Shown: one piece after another, positions 1-13,273 of the stretch
Numbering within the stretch: the stretch's first letter is position 1
Layout: each line of letters opens with the position of its first letter
Source of the DNA: Callorhinchus milii
Lineage: Eukaryota
Direction: 5' to 3'
Length of the DNA stretch: 64,000 nt
Assembly (NCBI RefSeq): GCF_018977255.1
Contig: NW_024704742.1
Coordinates: forward strand, 117,492,001-117,556,000
Program-made: the position numbers and the translations under genes
The notes under the pieces: model-generated
What the model was told of the DNA's origin: nothing
The model's database searches: none
The model's input: the letters and a program-made list of their open reading frames with translations, nothing else

Positions 1-132
1 AAAGTACACTGAAATTAGTACCGGAATAAAAGCAAATACAGGCTCAGTGTGTGGATAGGCCATGGTTACATTTTCTATTCATTCAATTTATAGGGTTAAA
101 AAAACTCTCAAACTGTTCCAGGGTAACTGCTG

Positions 133-378
133 AAACCTTGGGCAAGTTTCGTTACTCCACATGCCTAATAATAATCCCTCCAAAACCAAAAACAATAATA
201 AAAATTCGTCATTTTCAATCTACGACTGTTTGTGGGACATTGCTGTGCGCAATTGGCTGCCACTTCGCCCACAAATATACAGTCAATTCACTTTACAGTG
301 TGTTCTGTGAAGCGCTTTGGGACATCCTCCCGACGTGAAAAGCGCTATATCAAATGCAAGGATTATTATTATTATTAT
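133..378 (+). mobile_element. tRNA-derived SINE, 5'-truncated, L2-type tail
   Basis: gaaaccttgggcaag body, ...cccgacgtgaaaagcgc tail hairpin and (ATT)n; same family as 14854-15176. Confidence 0.85.
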
Positions 379-875
379 AGAACTTCATAGTACATTCAGA
401 CCATCATTAAACCGAAGTCTCGTCTGCCTGTTCAGGTGGATATTAAGATTTCCCCAGTACTATATGAAAAGAAAAGGGAATTTTTCCTGGTGTTCTGGCC
501 AACAATCAATCTCCCCCCACAATACTGTATACATAATACTATATAATCTTAGAACTGAAGAAAAATTGCAGAACAATGGGAGGCTATTTGGCACATATCT
601 GCGTTCATTGATAGCTCCACACTCCCTCTTCTCCATTCATTAAAACTATTTACTCTAATCTCCATGTTCTTTCTCTGTAACTTATAATATTATTTTTCCT
701 CAAGTTTTTATCTACTTGTGTTATAACTGTTGGTCTGGACTCAGCTTCTACAGCCATTTTGAGCAAGGCCTTTGTAATTCAAACAATTTTCTATGTAATA
801 ATAATTGAATCAACAATTCAAAATGGGATAAAATAACTGAGAGAAGTTAAGTCTCTTTCTTCCCTGTCGTGCCAG

Positions 876-1094
876 AATAATTATTTGACTCAAAACTACG
901 TAGCTTGTAGAACTGGAGAAAAGCAAATAAATTGTTCAGCAAAATATGTTTGAAGAGAGATTTAAGACGTGCCTAGTTCAGTGAACTAAAATTCTTCAGG
1001 ATACACTGTGGCTAGTAAAAATATGCGACTATAGGATTTTTGTCCATATGTTATTTAAAATTAAGTCTTTAAGAAAACGCAAAACCTATCAATT
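876..1094 (+). pseudogene. Polycystin-1-like pseudoexon, pore/S6 region
   Basis: Pyrimidine-rich cag acceptor, gtaact donor; reads LFDSKLRSL*NWRKA...YATIGFLSICYLKL, resembling polycystin LIFGWKLRSY...S6; several stops. Confidence 0.45.
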
Positions 1095-1314
1095 GTAACT
1101 TTGACTATCTTCCCATACTCCCCCCCCCACCACCCACCCCAATCTACCTTCCTTTATGTAAAATACTTTGGGATATTCTCCAATGTGAGAGGCATACAAG
1201 TGCAAATTGTTATTGTCAAATAAAACTTTTTTATTTACTTTGTGATGGGTGATCTGTGGTAACCCCTGAAGATATAATGCATGAGACCGTTAAATGTGAC
1301 TGTTTGTTTTGAAG

Positions 1315-1418
1315 TTTATACAAAAGCGCACGCAGATTGCATTATTGGAATGTGAAGAGACGTTTTGAACTATAATGAACTTTATTAGTCCAGTTGTGGA
1401 TATTAGGGGTAACTCCAG
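1315..1418 (+). pseudogene. Polycystin-1-like pseudoexon, post-S6 C-tail
   Basis: tgtttgttttgaag acceptor, donor after 1408 or 1418; FIQKRTQIALLECEETF*TIMNFISPVVDIRG resembles the E-E-I-V-D-type segment after S6. Confidence 0.35.
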
Positions 1419-1813
1419 GTTAGATTTGTTATTGTATTGGGGGCATCTGATCTACTTCACATCTTGCTGTTAATGTTGTAGATGATATCTAAACATGAAT
1501 ATGGTTAACCATCAATAGAAAATTTCAAGCAGACCATGCTGCGGAAATCTTAGAGCATCTTTGAACCAGATTGAACTTCATTGGCCCACCTGTTTATATG
1601 GGTTACTCTAGGTTATCATTCTCCACTGAGATTGCAGGAACATCAGGATATCTAATCTTAGATGATGTCTAGGTCACAGTCAACGTTAATTAAAATATTT
1701 ATACAGGGTGGTAAAGGAATAAAGGTGATTTCATATCTCGAAACCTTTTTGAGGAAGTATCTCATAGGAATTGCCTTGTGTGAGAAATACTTAACATGTC
1801 TTTGAGAGCCATT

Positions 1814-1956
1814 GTGGAGCCCTGTAGCTCAGAGGTTAGAGCACTCGTCTCTCAAACGAAAGGCCTGGGTTCAATTCCCGGCAGGGCGAAACCTTGGGCA
1901 AGTTTTCTTACTCCACACGCCTAATAATAAAACCTCAAGAAAAAAAAACAATAATT
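1814..1956 (+). mobile_element. SINE 5' portion (tRNA head)
   Basis: gtagctcagaggttagagc A-box and ggttcaattcc B-box followed by SINE body. Confidence 0.85.
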
Positions 1957-2025
1957 GACTCACTTTCCTTTCTCCATAGATACTGCCTGATCTGCAGAGT
2001 GTTCCCAGCGATTTCTGTTTTTCTT
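1957..2025 (+). mobile_element. Penelope-like terminal fragment
   Basis: Closely matches the 3' part of the insert at 21553-21650 (gactcactttcc...ccatagat..gcctga..tgc.gagtgttcccagcga). Confidence 0.6.
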
Positions 2026-2027
2026 AT

Positions 2028-2200
2028 ATGGGGATGAAATGGGAGCGGAGTCAGGAGAGCATGGGGCGGAACCGAGGCCTCGCTGCATATAAAGCACAGC
2101 CAGGTTAGGAGCCACTCGGACAGGAGCGGAGTCAGAAGAGCGAGGTAAGTGAGACGGGGCTGGGTAAGTGATTCACAAGGTGACGTCGGTGTCACTTCAC
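2028..2200 (+). promoter_or_regulatory. Promoter-like island, probably a LINE 5'UTR fragment
   Basis: GC box 2063-2069, TATAAA 2088-2093, repeated ggagcggagtcag, two gtaagt donors (2145, 2164). Confidence 0.4.
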
Positions 2201-2227
2201 AGTTAAAAAAATAGCAACAACAACAAA

Positions 2228-5200
2228 AACAATATCCTGGCCCCTGGCACTGCTGTCCCAGCCATGACCTGGGAAGCTAAGCCTGAGGGCTGATGCTGTC
2301 CCACTGATCGCTCGCTTGCGGTCTCTGCATGCGCGTTTTGGCTGCCATCCCAATCCGAGCCTCCCCCTCCATTCTAAATGTCTCTGCTCCCACCCCCCTC
2401 TATCTGCTACTCCCCCTCTGTCCTTCTCTCCCACCGCCCTCTCCGCCTTTTCTCTCTCCTCGACCCCATCACCACTTCCCTCTGCTCCAGCCTGGGCATC
2501 CTCTGCCAGGCCCATCGTGGCTCCTGGCACTGGCTGTCCCAGAGCAGCAACCCCTCCACTCCCTCCACTCAAACCGCCTCCTTAAGGCAAACCTAACTTC
2601 CCCCCCTCTCATACGTACCCTCCCCAACTCTCCACTCACACCACTCTCCACAACCATCTCTCCTGTACACCCCAAAATCCTCTCTGCATCACTCTCTCCT
2701 CCCTCTCCTTCCTCCCCTCCCTCCAGCAAACCCACCCACATTTCCCTCCAAAATGTCCGTTCCCTCTCAAATAAAGCCCTCACCATCCACGACCTCATCC
2801 TGGACGAGCACCTTGACATTCTTGGGCTCACCAAAACCTGGCTCTCCCCCAATGACCCCGTCCCCCTAGTGGAAGCCTCCCCTCCAGGCTACACCTTCCA
2901 CCCCACCCCCACCCCCCATCCAAACCAGCATGGCAGCGGGGTGGCCTTCATTTCCAAAGCCTCCCTTGGTCTTATCCCCTATTCCTCTGGCTGCTTCCCC
3001 TCCTTCGAGCACCTCACCCTCTTCCACCCCACTCTCCCATTGAAAATCCTCCTTGTCTACCGCCCCTCTAAGCCCCCCCGGCTCCTTCCACACAGACATC
3101 TCTACTCTCCTCTCTTCCCTGTGCCTCTGCTCTGAGCGCCTGCTCATAATGGGCAATTTCAACCTCCACCTAAACTCCCCTTGCACTACTTCTGCCGATT
3201 TCACTGCCCTCGTCTCCTCCCTAAACCTCACCCTTCATATAAATTCACCCACCTACAACCGTTGTCATGCCCTTGACCTCGTCATCACCCACGGCCTTAA
3301 CATTTCCGACCTCAGCTTAGTGGACAAGGCCATCTCAGACCACTTCCTCATCTCCTTTTCCTGTCACATCCCTCTCTTCTCCACCAAGCCTTCAACCATC
3401 CTCTACCGCCCTTGGAAAAGGCTACCCCTTGAGACCCTCACAAAGACCCTCTCATTATCAAACATCCTATCCCTCTGGCCTTCCACCCCCGGAGATCCTG
3501 AAACAGCTGTCCAGCTGCTCCATGATCACCTCTCCTCCATCTTCAACTCCCTTGTCCCCCTGAAATCCAGAACCATCTCCAAACGCACCCAATCCCCCAG
3601 TACAACAACCATCTCCACCGCCTAAAAACCCAAACCCAGCTGCTCGAGCGCAGATAGCGGAAAACTGGCCTGACAGTCCACCGCCAACTGTGGCTCGAGC
3701 ATCTCCACAGCTAAGGCCTATCTTTGACACACGCAAAAACGGCCTTCTACTCCAACATTATCTTAGAGGCTAAACAGAGCCCTAAAATCCTTTTTTTCAC
3801 CACCCACCATCACCTCCATGAAACCCACCACCTGCTGCCTTGACCCTCTCCCCACCAACTTACTGGTCACCCAGCTGCCCCTCCTCTGCCCACTACTGGC
3901 TGATGTCATCAACCAGTCCCTCTCCTCCGGATCAGTCCCTACCCCCCTCAAAACTGCTGTCATCAACCCGCGCCTCAAAAAACCTTCCCCAAATCCCTCA
4001 AACCCCAGCCACTACTGCCCTATTTCTAATCTGCCCTTCCTCGTAAAAGTCCTAGAACACAATCAACTTTGTGCACACCTCTCCTCCTTCGAACCGCTCC
4101 ATTCTGGTTTCTGCCCTGCCAACAGTACAGAGACTGTGCTTGTGAAAGTCACAAACGACATCCTCTCTATCTGTGACCAGGGCTCCCTCTGCCTCCTTGT
4201 CTTCCTGGACCTCTCCGCGGCGTTCGACACAGTCGATCACGCCATCCTCCTCTACTGCCTTTCCTCCGTCATCCACTTCAGTTGGACCGCACTCGTCTGG
4301 TTCGAGTCCTACCTCACAAACCGCCAGCAGTACATCTGCACAAACAGCTTCTCCTCCTGCTCTCTCCCGGTTACTGCGGGGTATCCCAAGGATCCATCCT
4401 TGGCCCCCTCCACTTTCTGATCTACATGCTCCTTCTTGGGGATGTCATCCGCAGACATGGGGTACACTTCCACATGTACGCGGACGACACCCAACTCTAT
4501 TTTTCCACCTCTCTTTGCGACCCCCAGTCCCCTGATGTTCTGTCAGCCTGCCTGTCAGATCTCAGGTGCAAATTTCCTTCAGCTGAATGTTGACAAGACA
4601 GAAGCCATGCTCTTTGGCTCCCGTCAACATATAAAATCTCATGGTTCTCACTTCCTCCACCTACCCGATCTCCCCATAAAATTCTCCGAACCCGTACGCA
4701 ACCTAGGCACCAGATTCAAGCCCCAATTATTCTTCCTCCCCCACATCCGGTCCCTCACCAGCACTGCCTTCTTCCACCTTCGACACATCGCCTGTCTGCA
4801 CCAATACCTCTCTCCAAAAGCTGCTGAAACCCTAGTCCATGTCTTTGTCACCTCTCGGCTGGACTACTCCAATGCCCTCCTCGCTGGTCTCCCATCCACT
4901 ACCATCCATAAAATCCAGTTCATTCAAAACTCTGCCACCTGCATTCTCACCCACACCAAACTCCGCTCCCCGATCACCCCAGTCCTTGCCAGACTGCACT
5001 GGCTGCCTATCCCAGAGAGGATCGACTTCAAGATCTTCACCCTTGTATTCAAATCCCTCCACTCCTCTGCAACCCCTACCTCTCTGACTTCCTTGTTCCT
5101 CAAAACAGTACCCGTTGCCTTCCTTCCTCCGGGTCTGGTCTCCTCCTTGTCCCCCGAGTCCTCTGCTCCACCCTCGGCGGCCGTGCCTTCAGCCACTACG

Positions 5201-5413
5201 CCCCGAGACTCTGGAATTCCCTTCCTCACTCCCTTCACCTCGCTCCCTCTTTTCCTATTTTCAGGTCTCTGCTGAAGACCTTTCTCTTCGTCCGCGCCTT
5301 TGGTCACCTTCCTCCCCCTCCCCCTGGCTCGGCCCCGGGATCCATTACCGTGATGCGCTCTGAGACACCGCCCAGTGTGGAGGACACTATATAAATCCAA
5401 GTTGTTGTTGTTG
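2228..5413 (+). mobile_element. L2 LINE, degenerate ORF2 (AP endonuclease + RT)
   Basis: [39 protein letters not shown] across frameshifts; (TGT)n tail. Confidence 0.95.
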
Positions 5414-5890
5414 GATGTTGGCCAGGACACTAAGAGAAACTCCTTTCTCTTTTGAACAACCCCATGCGATCTTTAATATCCACCTGAAGAGGCAGATGGG
5501 ATCTCAGTTTAACATCTCATCCAAAAGATGCACGCACCTCCAACAATGCAGTACATCCTCAGCACTGCAATGGAGTGTCATCTTAAACTATATAAATTCC
5601 ACGTCCCTTGAATCCACACAGGAACACACATATGCCAAATACAGGGGATATTCATTATTATCATAATTGTAGTGACTATTTATAGGTAGGCACAGCAGCT
5701 AAATTGCACACAGCAATGTCCCTCAAACAGCCCTGAAGTGAATGAGCAATTTATTTGTGGGGTGGGTTGGTGGCTGGACACTGGGAGAAACTCCTTTCTC
5801 TGTAGTATAATGAGTTATTTTCATGTCCATCTGAGTAGGCAGTTGGGCTCTTGGTTCATTATCTCATCTGAACTATGTCATCACCAGCAC
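5414..5890 (-). mobile_element. Deu-type SINE fragments
   Basis: Reverse complement of the gatgttaaac...ctgcctcttcaggtgga..ttaaagatc core, two pieces. Confidence 0.6.
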
Positions 5891-6676
5891 ATTTATCATG
5901 AAGCATTCTGTTTAGCTAAAGTACAGTAAATCTCACATTACTGTGCCTAATAGACCTTGGAACAAGCTCAGAGCAGTCTACTTTCCGTCTCTCACATCAA
6001 CCATCCTTACAGTATTTTGCAGAATGGGGATTATTTTGTGCCGTGGACACCCACTGGAAACTAATATAATACTGACAAACTTATTCCAGATTACATCCTT
6101 AGAGTCAAAAAAGAGGAGACTGTCTTTTCTTCTGGTTCAGATGGATTCAAATCCACATGCAGTGATGAAAAGATAAGGTGCTAACACCTGAATACATAAT
6201 CCCCATTACATGCATTTTGAATTTGCTGAAGTTGCCACTAAAAGTCTGCTTAGTCTCAATCTGTAACACTACATTGTTATAAAATTTAAGGTAGTACTGA
6301 ATAGTGAAGACTTCTTAAATTCTGCCTTGCTTTGGAAACTGTTTCATTTAAAGAATTGTAGAAATATAATAATAATAACAATAATAACCCTTGCATTTGA
6401 TATAGCGCCTTATCATGCCGTTGGGATGTCTCAAAGCGCTTGAAAGAAAGACAGACATACACGCACACACAGACAAACAGACCGTCAGTCAGTCAGTCGA
6501 GAAATTGCATGTAATGCTCCATTAACAAAATACAGTAATTTGAAATGGAATTTGGGGGAAATGTAAAATTATTTTAATTATGGTACATATCAAATTCCAT
6601 AGGTCTTTTTTGTGATGACTAGTTTACAACTAGTTATATTCATGCTAACAAGCATGATATTGCTCAAGGAACAACA

Positions 6677-7503
6677 ACACTACAACAACAACAAGATTCC
6701 ATTTATAGAGCGCCTTTCACGTCGGGAGGACGTCCCAAGGCGCTGTACAGTTGGGTCAGGACCCGAGCAGGGGGGAAATGGTCAGGGTGAGGGGAGGGAA
6801 GGGAGGGAGCGAGGAGGGGTAGAGAGTTGAGAGGGGAGCTGAAGGCACGGTCAAAGAGAAAGGTCTTGAGACCGGCCTTGAAGGAGTAAAGGGAGGAGGT
6901 GGCGAAGGCACTGAGGGATAGAGTTCCAGAGCCTCGGGGCTGAGAGGCTGAAGGCCCGGCCACCGATGGTAGGGCGGTTAAGGCGGGGGGTGTGGAGCAG
7001 ACCGGCGCCAGAGGAACGGAGGGTAGGGGCAGGTAAGTAGGGGTATAGTAGGTTGGAGAGGTAGGAGGGAGCAAGGCCGTGAATGGCCTTGTAGGTGAGG
7101 ATGAGGATCTTGAATTCGATCCTGTGGGGGATGGGGAGCCAGTGGAGGCGAGCGAGGGTGGGAGTGATGTGGTCCCGAAGTCTGGTACGGGACAGTACAC
7201 GAGCTGCAGAGTTCTGAATGACCTGCAGCTTGTGGAGGGAGGTGCCGGGAAGGCCGGCGAGGAGAGAGTTCCCATAGTCCAGCCTTGAGGTGATAAAGGC
7301 GTGGACCAGAGTTTCAGCAGCGTGAGGGGTAAGGTAGTGCCGTAGTCTGGCGATGTTCCGGAGGTGATGGAAGCGGTGCCAGTTGTGGCGCGGATATGAG
7401 GATGACAGGACAGCTCAGGGTCAAACAGAACCCCAAGGTTCCTGACTGGCTTTGAGAGGTGGAGAGTGCAGCCTTGGATGCTGATGCTGTCAGCGCCTGC
7501 CCG
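6677..7503 (-). mobile_element. L2 LINE 3' fragment (young subfamily)
   Basis: RT C-terminal coding region, 3'UTR, gggacgtcctcccgacgtgaaaggcgc tail. Confidence 0.95.
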
Positions 7504-8514
7504 AACCATCATGGTGTTGCAAATAGATTGGGAACCTGTTAGTTCTTATGTTATAAATGTATTTTCCACTTAGCACATGGAGAAGCTTTACTCTGACTGA
7601 GTCGTAGCCTTGACATGGCCTTTGCAATGTAAAAAATACCACTCGGAACCAAACTATTATTGCTAATACTAATTCCCTGCATTTGTTTTAATAAGATAAT
7701 GCCTACAGCAAACCAATTCACAATTTGCTAGACATTCTGGAAGGGGAATATTCTGAATCTTTGTTCAACTTACCAACTTCCAAAAGATTTGAAGATCAGC
7801 TAGAGCTTTGAGAAACGCACATAGCTTCAGCTCCACCCAGAAAACACTACTTTTTTGGATACAACACACCTGATCAAAATGCCTGAACAACAAAGCAATG
7901 ACACGTTATTTATTGGTAATGTGGCCATTTTGTCGGAGGTCATGACTTTACTTCAATGTGTTTGGGTCACTTAGGGCTAATGGCTACATTATGGTCCAGT
8001 GCTCGCACCCTATCTTGGCTGTGTGCTGGACATGTGGCAAACTTCGAATGTTCCCCAGTATCTCTTGGATGCCCCCCCCCCCCCCACCCTCCCCAGCTTG
8101 GCTACCAGGACCCTTGTGAATGGAAGTTTTTCATTTTCCCCAAGTATTTCTGTAGAGTCAGTGCTCCAAACAACCAAACAACAGCAGTTCTCCCAACAAC
8201 CATGGCCAATGGCTGCTTTCAACAATGGCATCCTGAATGGGCAGCCTTCCATCAAAGGCGCAGGGGATGAACAGTCTGTAAGTGGAGGAAGGGGTCCTGC
8301 CAGCACTGAGGAAGCTATGGTGAACAATGTTGCATTTTTGGCAGAAACAACTCCTCTCTATCTTCAAAAATGCAAGCTGAAGCTAACCAAAAGTGGAAGT
8401 TACCTTATAACTACTGTCTCTAAATCGATTTACAACCTCCTGCACACACTTCAGAGACAGTTGTACACAACGTATTGACTATTGGAAAGGTACGATGAAT
8501 GAAAGATCATCCAG

Positions 8515-8593
8515 ATGAAGATGAAAAACTCCTTCAAGGAACCGCTGCAGATTCACAGTCTATTGTTATGTGTATCATTTGCAGCTGCTGCTG
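8515..8593 (+). pseudogene. Signal-peptide exon, candidate first coding exon of the polycystin-1-like gene
   Basis: MKMKNSFKEPLQIHSLLLCVSFAAAA+G then gtaaga phase-1 donor; link to downstream exons is inferred. Confidence 0.55.
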
Positions 8594-8776
8594 GTAAGAG
8601 AATTGTTGTAAGGCTACTGTTATTTTATTCTTTATACATTTGTGATCATTTTTAGGCCATGTTTATATCTTGGGGTATTTATTTCACATGTAACCACTCT
8701 TGGCTAAGCTTTGTAAATATGGAGCTCCAATGATATTAATGGTATTACTTTTGCTTTATTTTTGGTGAGCCAATAT

Positions 8777-9210
8777 GGAACCTCTGCGTTCTGTTTGACC
8801 CTCATCTGTCCTTGATCCCCTACAACCATGCCATGGCCTGCTCCACCTTTCTCCACCTCCACAACATTGCCCAGCTCCGGGACTGCTTCTCACCATAGGC
8901 CGCCGAGACTCTCATCCATGCATTCATCACAACCAGTCTGCACTATGCAAACTCCATGCTTGTCAGCCTCCCCAACTCCTCCCTCCACATGCTGCAGATT
9001 ATCCAGAACTATGCAACCCATGTCCTCTCCCGCATCAGGCTCTGTGACCCTATTACTCTCATCCTTGCCCAGCTCCACTGGCTCCCTATCATTCAGAGGA
9101 GACAGTTCAAGATCCTGTTCCTCACCTTCAAAGGCCTCCATGGCCTTGCTCCTCCCTATCTCTGTGACCTCCTAACCCCCTACCAACCTATGGCTCCCTC
9201 TGCTCAGCTG
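8777..9210 (+). mobile_element. L2 RT C-terminal fragment
   Basis: LQIIQN, LHWLP motifs. Confidence 0.9.
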
Positions 9211-9221
9211 GCTCACACTTG

Positions 9222-9587
9222 CCTCTGAGTCAGAAGGTTGTGGGATTAAGCCCCATATTGGGACTTGGAATCACCTAGTCTAAGATGACACTCAGTGCAG
9301 TGTTAGGGGAGTGTTGCATTGTCAGAAGTGCCGTCCTTAGGATGAAACATTAAACCGAGATACAATCTGCCTGTTCAGGTGGATGTTAAAGATCCCACTA
9401 TGCCAAAATAAAATTGGTCACTCTCTCCATGGCTGTTTTGGGGACATTGCTGTGTGTAACTATCTACTACATTTTGCCCACAAAATATACAGTTAATCAA
9501 CATTTACAGTATATCTTGTGAAGCGCTTTAAGATGTCTCAAAGACATGATGAGGCGTTTCATCAAAGGCAAGGATTATTATTATTAT
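9222..9587 (+). mobile_element. Deu-type SINE
   Basis: tctgagtcagaaggttgtgg head, ctgcctgttcaggtggatgttaaagatccc core, (ATT)n tail. Confidence 0.75.
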
Positions 9588-9914
9588 CAAGTCTGTACCA
9601 GCTGTCAGAGCAAGCTGCACTGACAATGTCATTGCCCTGTCCTACCCCGATACTCCACACCTGTCTACTTCCCTGTTGAAACCCAAAATGGACTTTGCCT
9701 CTACCACCTTACTTATTCGGGCTCACATTCCAAAAGTATTTGATAATAATAATAATCTTTGCATTTGATATAGCGCTCTATCACGGCTTTGAGACATGTC
9801 AAAGTGCTTCACAGAATATACTGTAAAGTGAATTACATTTTTAAATTGACCCATGAACCATTTGTAAATTTTTCAAATCATCTTGTTATTATCATTATAT
9901 AATGTACTGTTCAG

Positions 9915-10338
9915 GGCTACTGTGCAGGAGATTTACAAGCTGGTTTGTTCTCATGGTGCAATAGGTAGTAAAGGAGATGTACACAATAACCATGAAGACA
10001 ACCCAGCTTGCCCAGTTGCCATTAATTTGCTAGTTACTCTTCAAGTTAAACGACTCTGTATTCCAGCCTTGTTTCATGGGCACCATGTGACTGGAGCTCA
10101 ATAATCTCACTAACTTGGGAGTCAGAGGCCCCTTCACATATTAGGCTGTGACTGTTTGTGCCACTTCTCACTTGCTGGCAATGGTTCAGTAAGATTAAAT
10201 ATTTCCCTCTCCCAAAATATTTCAACATTACTGGACCAGTGTGAAAAGAATCATAAACTAGCATTAATTATTTCAACCTTTCATTCCTGGGGCCAGAAGT
10301 CTTCCACATTTTGACTGAATTTAAGAATTTCTCATAGG
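9915..10338 (+). pseudogene. Candidate polycystin-like ectodomain pseudoexon
   Basis: tcag acceptor, gtaaga donor; frameshifted, ends in PKD-like FNLSFLGPEVFHILTEFKNFS. Confidence 0.35.
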
Positions 10339-11637
10339 GTAAGACCATGAGAAATATTGAGCCTTATATATTAAAATGTCTTGAAGCAAATATTCTTTGA
10401 TGGTCCTGCAACTAGGAAATATGTTGAGTTAATTTGTTGGAATTATAAGAGATAAATTTAATAATCTGCAACATTTCTACATAATGGATACGTGGTAGAA
10501 AGTCTCCTTTGAACCAAACTTGTATAAACCTTTGAAAGTGAACCCAATGATCCTCAAAGTTGCCCTGCAATAAGCACTTGTAGGTATGCAAATATGGGAC
10601 CTGGCTGCACCTGAATTAGTCTGTCTGCACTCAAAAGGTGCCCAGTGTCCTATAGTCATTGTAACCCGCACTGAACTTTACTGCTTCAATTATAGTGGTT
10701 AATTCAGTGACAGCGGCTCTGGCACTGAGTCTGTTTTCATCACTAAATAACTAATGTCATGACCTTCTACAGGTCATGGTCAATTTTAAGAGACCTCACT
10801 CAAGGTAAGCACTGATAATGAAGTGTTTATCCAAGGTTTCCAGGAGCTGGTTGCCATAATCTGGATATTAGAGTTTTGTTTTATTTTCTATAGATCACAA
10901 GTTATAAACAACTGATGTACGTGAATAGCATTATTAATGGTTCATTTTGCTGCATTCTGAGGTTCTACAAGAAGCTCCTCTGTTGACCTGAGCTTTAAGT
11001 GCTCTGAGACGCCTGGCATGGAAGGTGCTATAGAAGTGCAAGTTGTTGTTGTTATTGTTGACCCCACTGTTGTTGAAACCGTTCCCCGTGTCTTGAACTT
11101 GAGGACAGATATTTCCAATGCTCTCTTTGCTCTGATCTTCAGAAATTCAACTGCAACTCTTTCCCACACCAAGCAGACCCATTGCCCTTATCCTTGCCAA
11201 CCTCTATTGGCCTCCACTGCCTCAAAAAATTGACTTTAAGTCCTTGTCCTGATCTTCAAATCCATCCATGTTCTCACCCTCCCTTTCTATGCAATACTCT
11301 GTATTCCAGCTGCACGGTCTGCGCATCTGCCTCTGGTTTGTTGCTCGCTCCCTGCTCCCTTTGCCCCATCATAATTCACTGATCCATCAGCCACCATGCT
11401 CCTGTCCTCTGATTAGTTTTTCAGAGCTGCAGCTGAAGTCTTTAAAGAGAGGAGCTAAGGAAGCCTTGCAATCTCCATCTCTGCCTTAAAATATATCTCT
11501 TTGACTGTCCCTTTGGTCAACAATATAATTTCAATCAATATTTTGGAACATGCCCACATTTTCTATAACAATAATCCATACATGTAATACACACTTTCTG
11601 GAAGTTTTCCGAATTAATACTACTTACCACTTAATCT

Positions 11638-12830
11638 AGAGCGGGGAGAGATTGGAATGTGTTAGCGTCCAGAGGGACTTGGGTGTCCTTGTACACCAAT
11701 CACAGAAAGTTAGTCTGCAGGGGCAGCAGCAATTAGGAAGGCGAACGGTATGTTAGCATTCATTATGAAAGGATTAGAGTATAAGAGTAGGGAAGTCTTG
11801 CTGCAACTGTACTCAAATTCAAGATACTCATCCTCACCTAAAAGGCCATTCACGGCCTTGCTCCCTCCTACCTCTCTGACCTACTATCCCCCTAATTACC
11901 TGCCCGTACCCTCCGTTCCTCTGGTTCTGGTCTGCTCCACACCCCCCGCCCTAACCGCCCTATCATCAGTGGCCGGGATTTCAGCCTCTCAGCCCCTAGG
12001 CTCTGGAACTCCATCCCCCAGTGCCTTAGCCTTGCTTCCTCCCTTTCCTCCTTCAAGGCCGGTCTCAAGACCTTTCTCTTCAACCGTGCCTTCACCTTCC
12101 TTCTCGACTCTCTACCCCCTCCTCGCTCCCTCCCTTCCCTCACCCTGACCATTTCCCCCCTGCTCGGGTCCCAACTCAACTGTCCAGTACCTTGGGACGT
12201 CCTCCCGACGTGAAAGGCGCTCTATAAATGCAATCTGGTTGTTGTTGTTGTTGTATAGAGCCCTGGTGAGACCACACCTGGAATATTGTGTGCAGTTTTG
12301 GTCTCCTTGTTTAAGTACTTGCATGGGGGGGTGGGGGGGTGCAGCGTAGATTTACTAGGTTCGTACCAGGAATGGAGCGGATGAGTTGCGAGGATAGGCT
12401 GACCGATTTGGGCTTATATTCTCTAGAATATAGACGAATTAGAGGGGATCTTATAGAAACCTATAAGATCATCAAAGGGCATGATAGAGTAGATAGTGGG
12501 AGATTGTTTCCCCTGGTTGGAGAAACTAAAACCTTAAAATCAGAGGCCAGCCCTTTCGCACTGAGTTGAGGAAGAACTTTTTCACTCAAAGGGTGGTGAA
12601 TGTATGGAACTCACTACCCCAAAGGGCTGTTGACGCTCAGTCCTTGAACATATTCAAGACTGAGATCGATAGATTTCTTATTGCAAAAGGGATTAAGGGA
12701 TATGGGGATAAGGCAGGGTCAGGTTATTAGCTGGAGTCAGATTAGATCAGCCATGATTGAATGGCGGGGCAGGATCAAAGGGCCGAATGGCCTACTCCTG
12801 CTCCTACATGTTATGTTACGTTATATTATG
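11638..12830 (+). mobile_element. CR1 LINE 3' part with nested L2 3' fragment (about 11811-12253)
   Basis: CR1 RPHLEYCVQFWSP and LEYRRIRGDLIE motifs, (TTATG)n tail; the inner piece ends in the L2 tail. Confidence 0.9.
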
Positions 12831-12925
12831 TTATAATTTATGCTATCGTCTGATCCACTATCCACAATAATCTTTGTGCATGAAATGTAATGATGTGAAA
12901 TGTATTTGCACAGTTATTTCTACAG

Positions 12926-13099
12926 AGGTTGAGGGTATTCAGCCAAGTCACGAACAGTATTCAACCAACCTATCATACTTGCTTATTTGGATAACTGAAG
13001 GTCAACATTAAGCCTGTGTGCATCATTGGGAATCTAATCTCAAAATGTTTGTACAAGGCTATGATCAAAGTCAGAGATCTCAGTCAAATGCCTGCAAAG
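12926..13099 (+). pseudogene. Polycystin-1-like pseudoexon (ectodomain)
   Basis: 174 bp, phase 1-1, tttctacag acceptor and AAG|gtgagg donor; EVEGIQPSHEQYSTNLSYLLIWITEGQH*ACVHHWES resembles PKD1 YVPTNGSALVLQVDSG...RW; one stop. Confidence 0.6.
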
Positions 13100-13273
13100 G
13101 TGAGGCTGTCTGATTCCTGGAGAAGAGACTAAGAACTGGACTTGCTCTACAGCTTAAAGAATCATAAAGTGTTTTGAGATGTCTAGAAGACGTGATAAGG
13201 TGCTATACCAAATGCAAGCATTATTATTATATTATACAAATGCATCAAAGTAATTTAGATAATGAATCTGTAG

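Noticed and set aside
2192..3231. Gly/Arg/Glu-rich minus-strand ORFs
   Set aside because: Antisense shadows of C-rich L2 sequence
7999..8478. 159-aa ORF
   Set aside because: Non-ATG start, crosses a poly-C run, no recognisable domain
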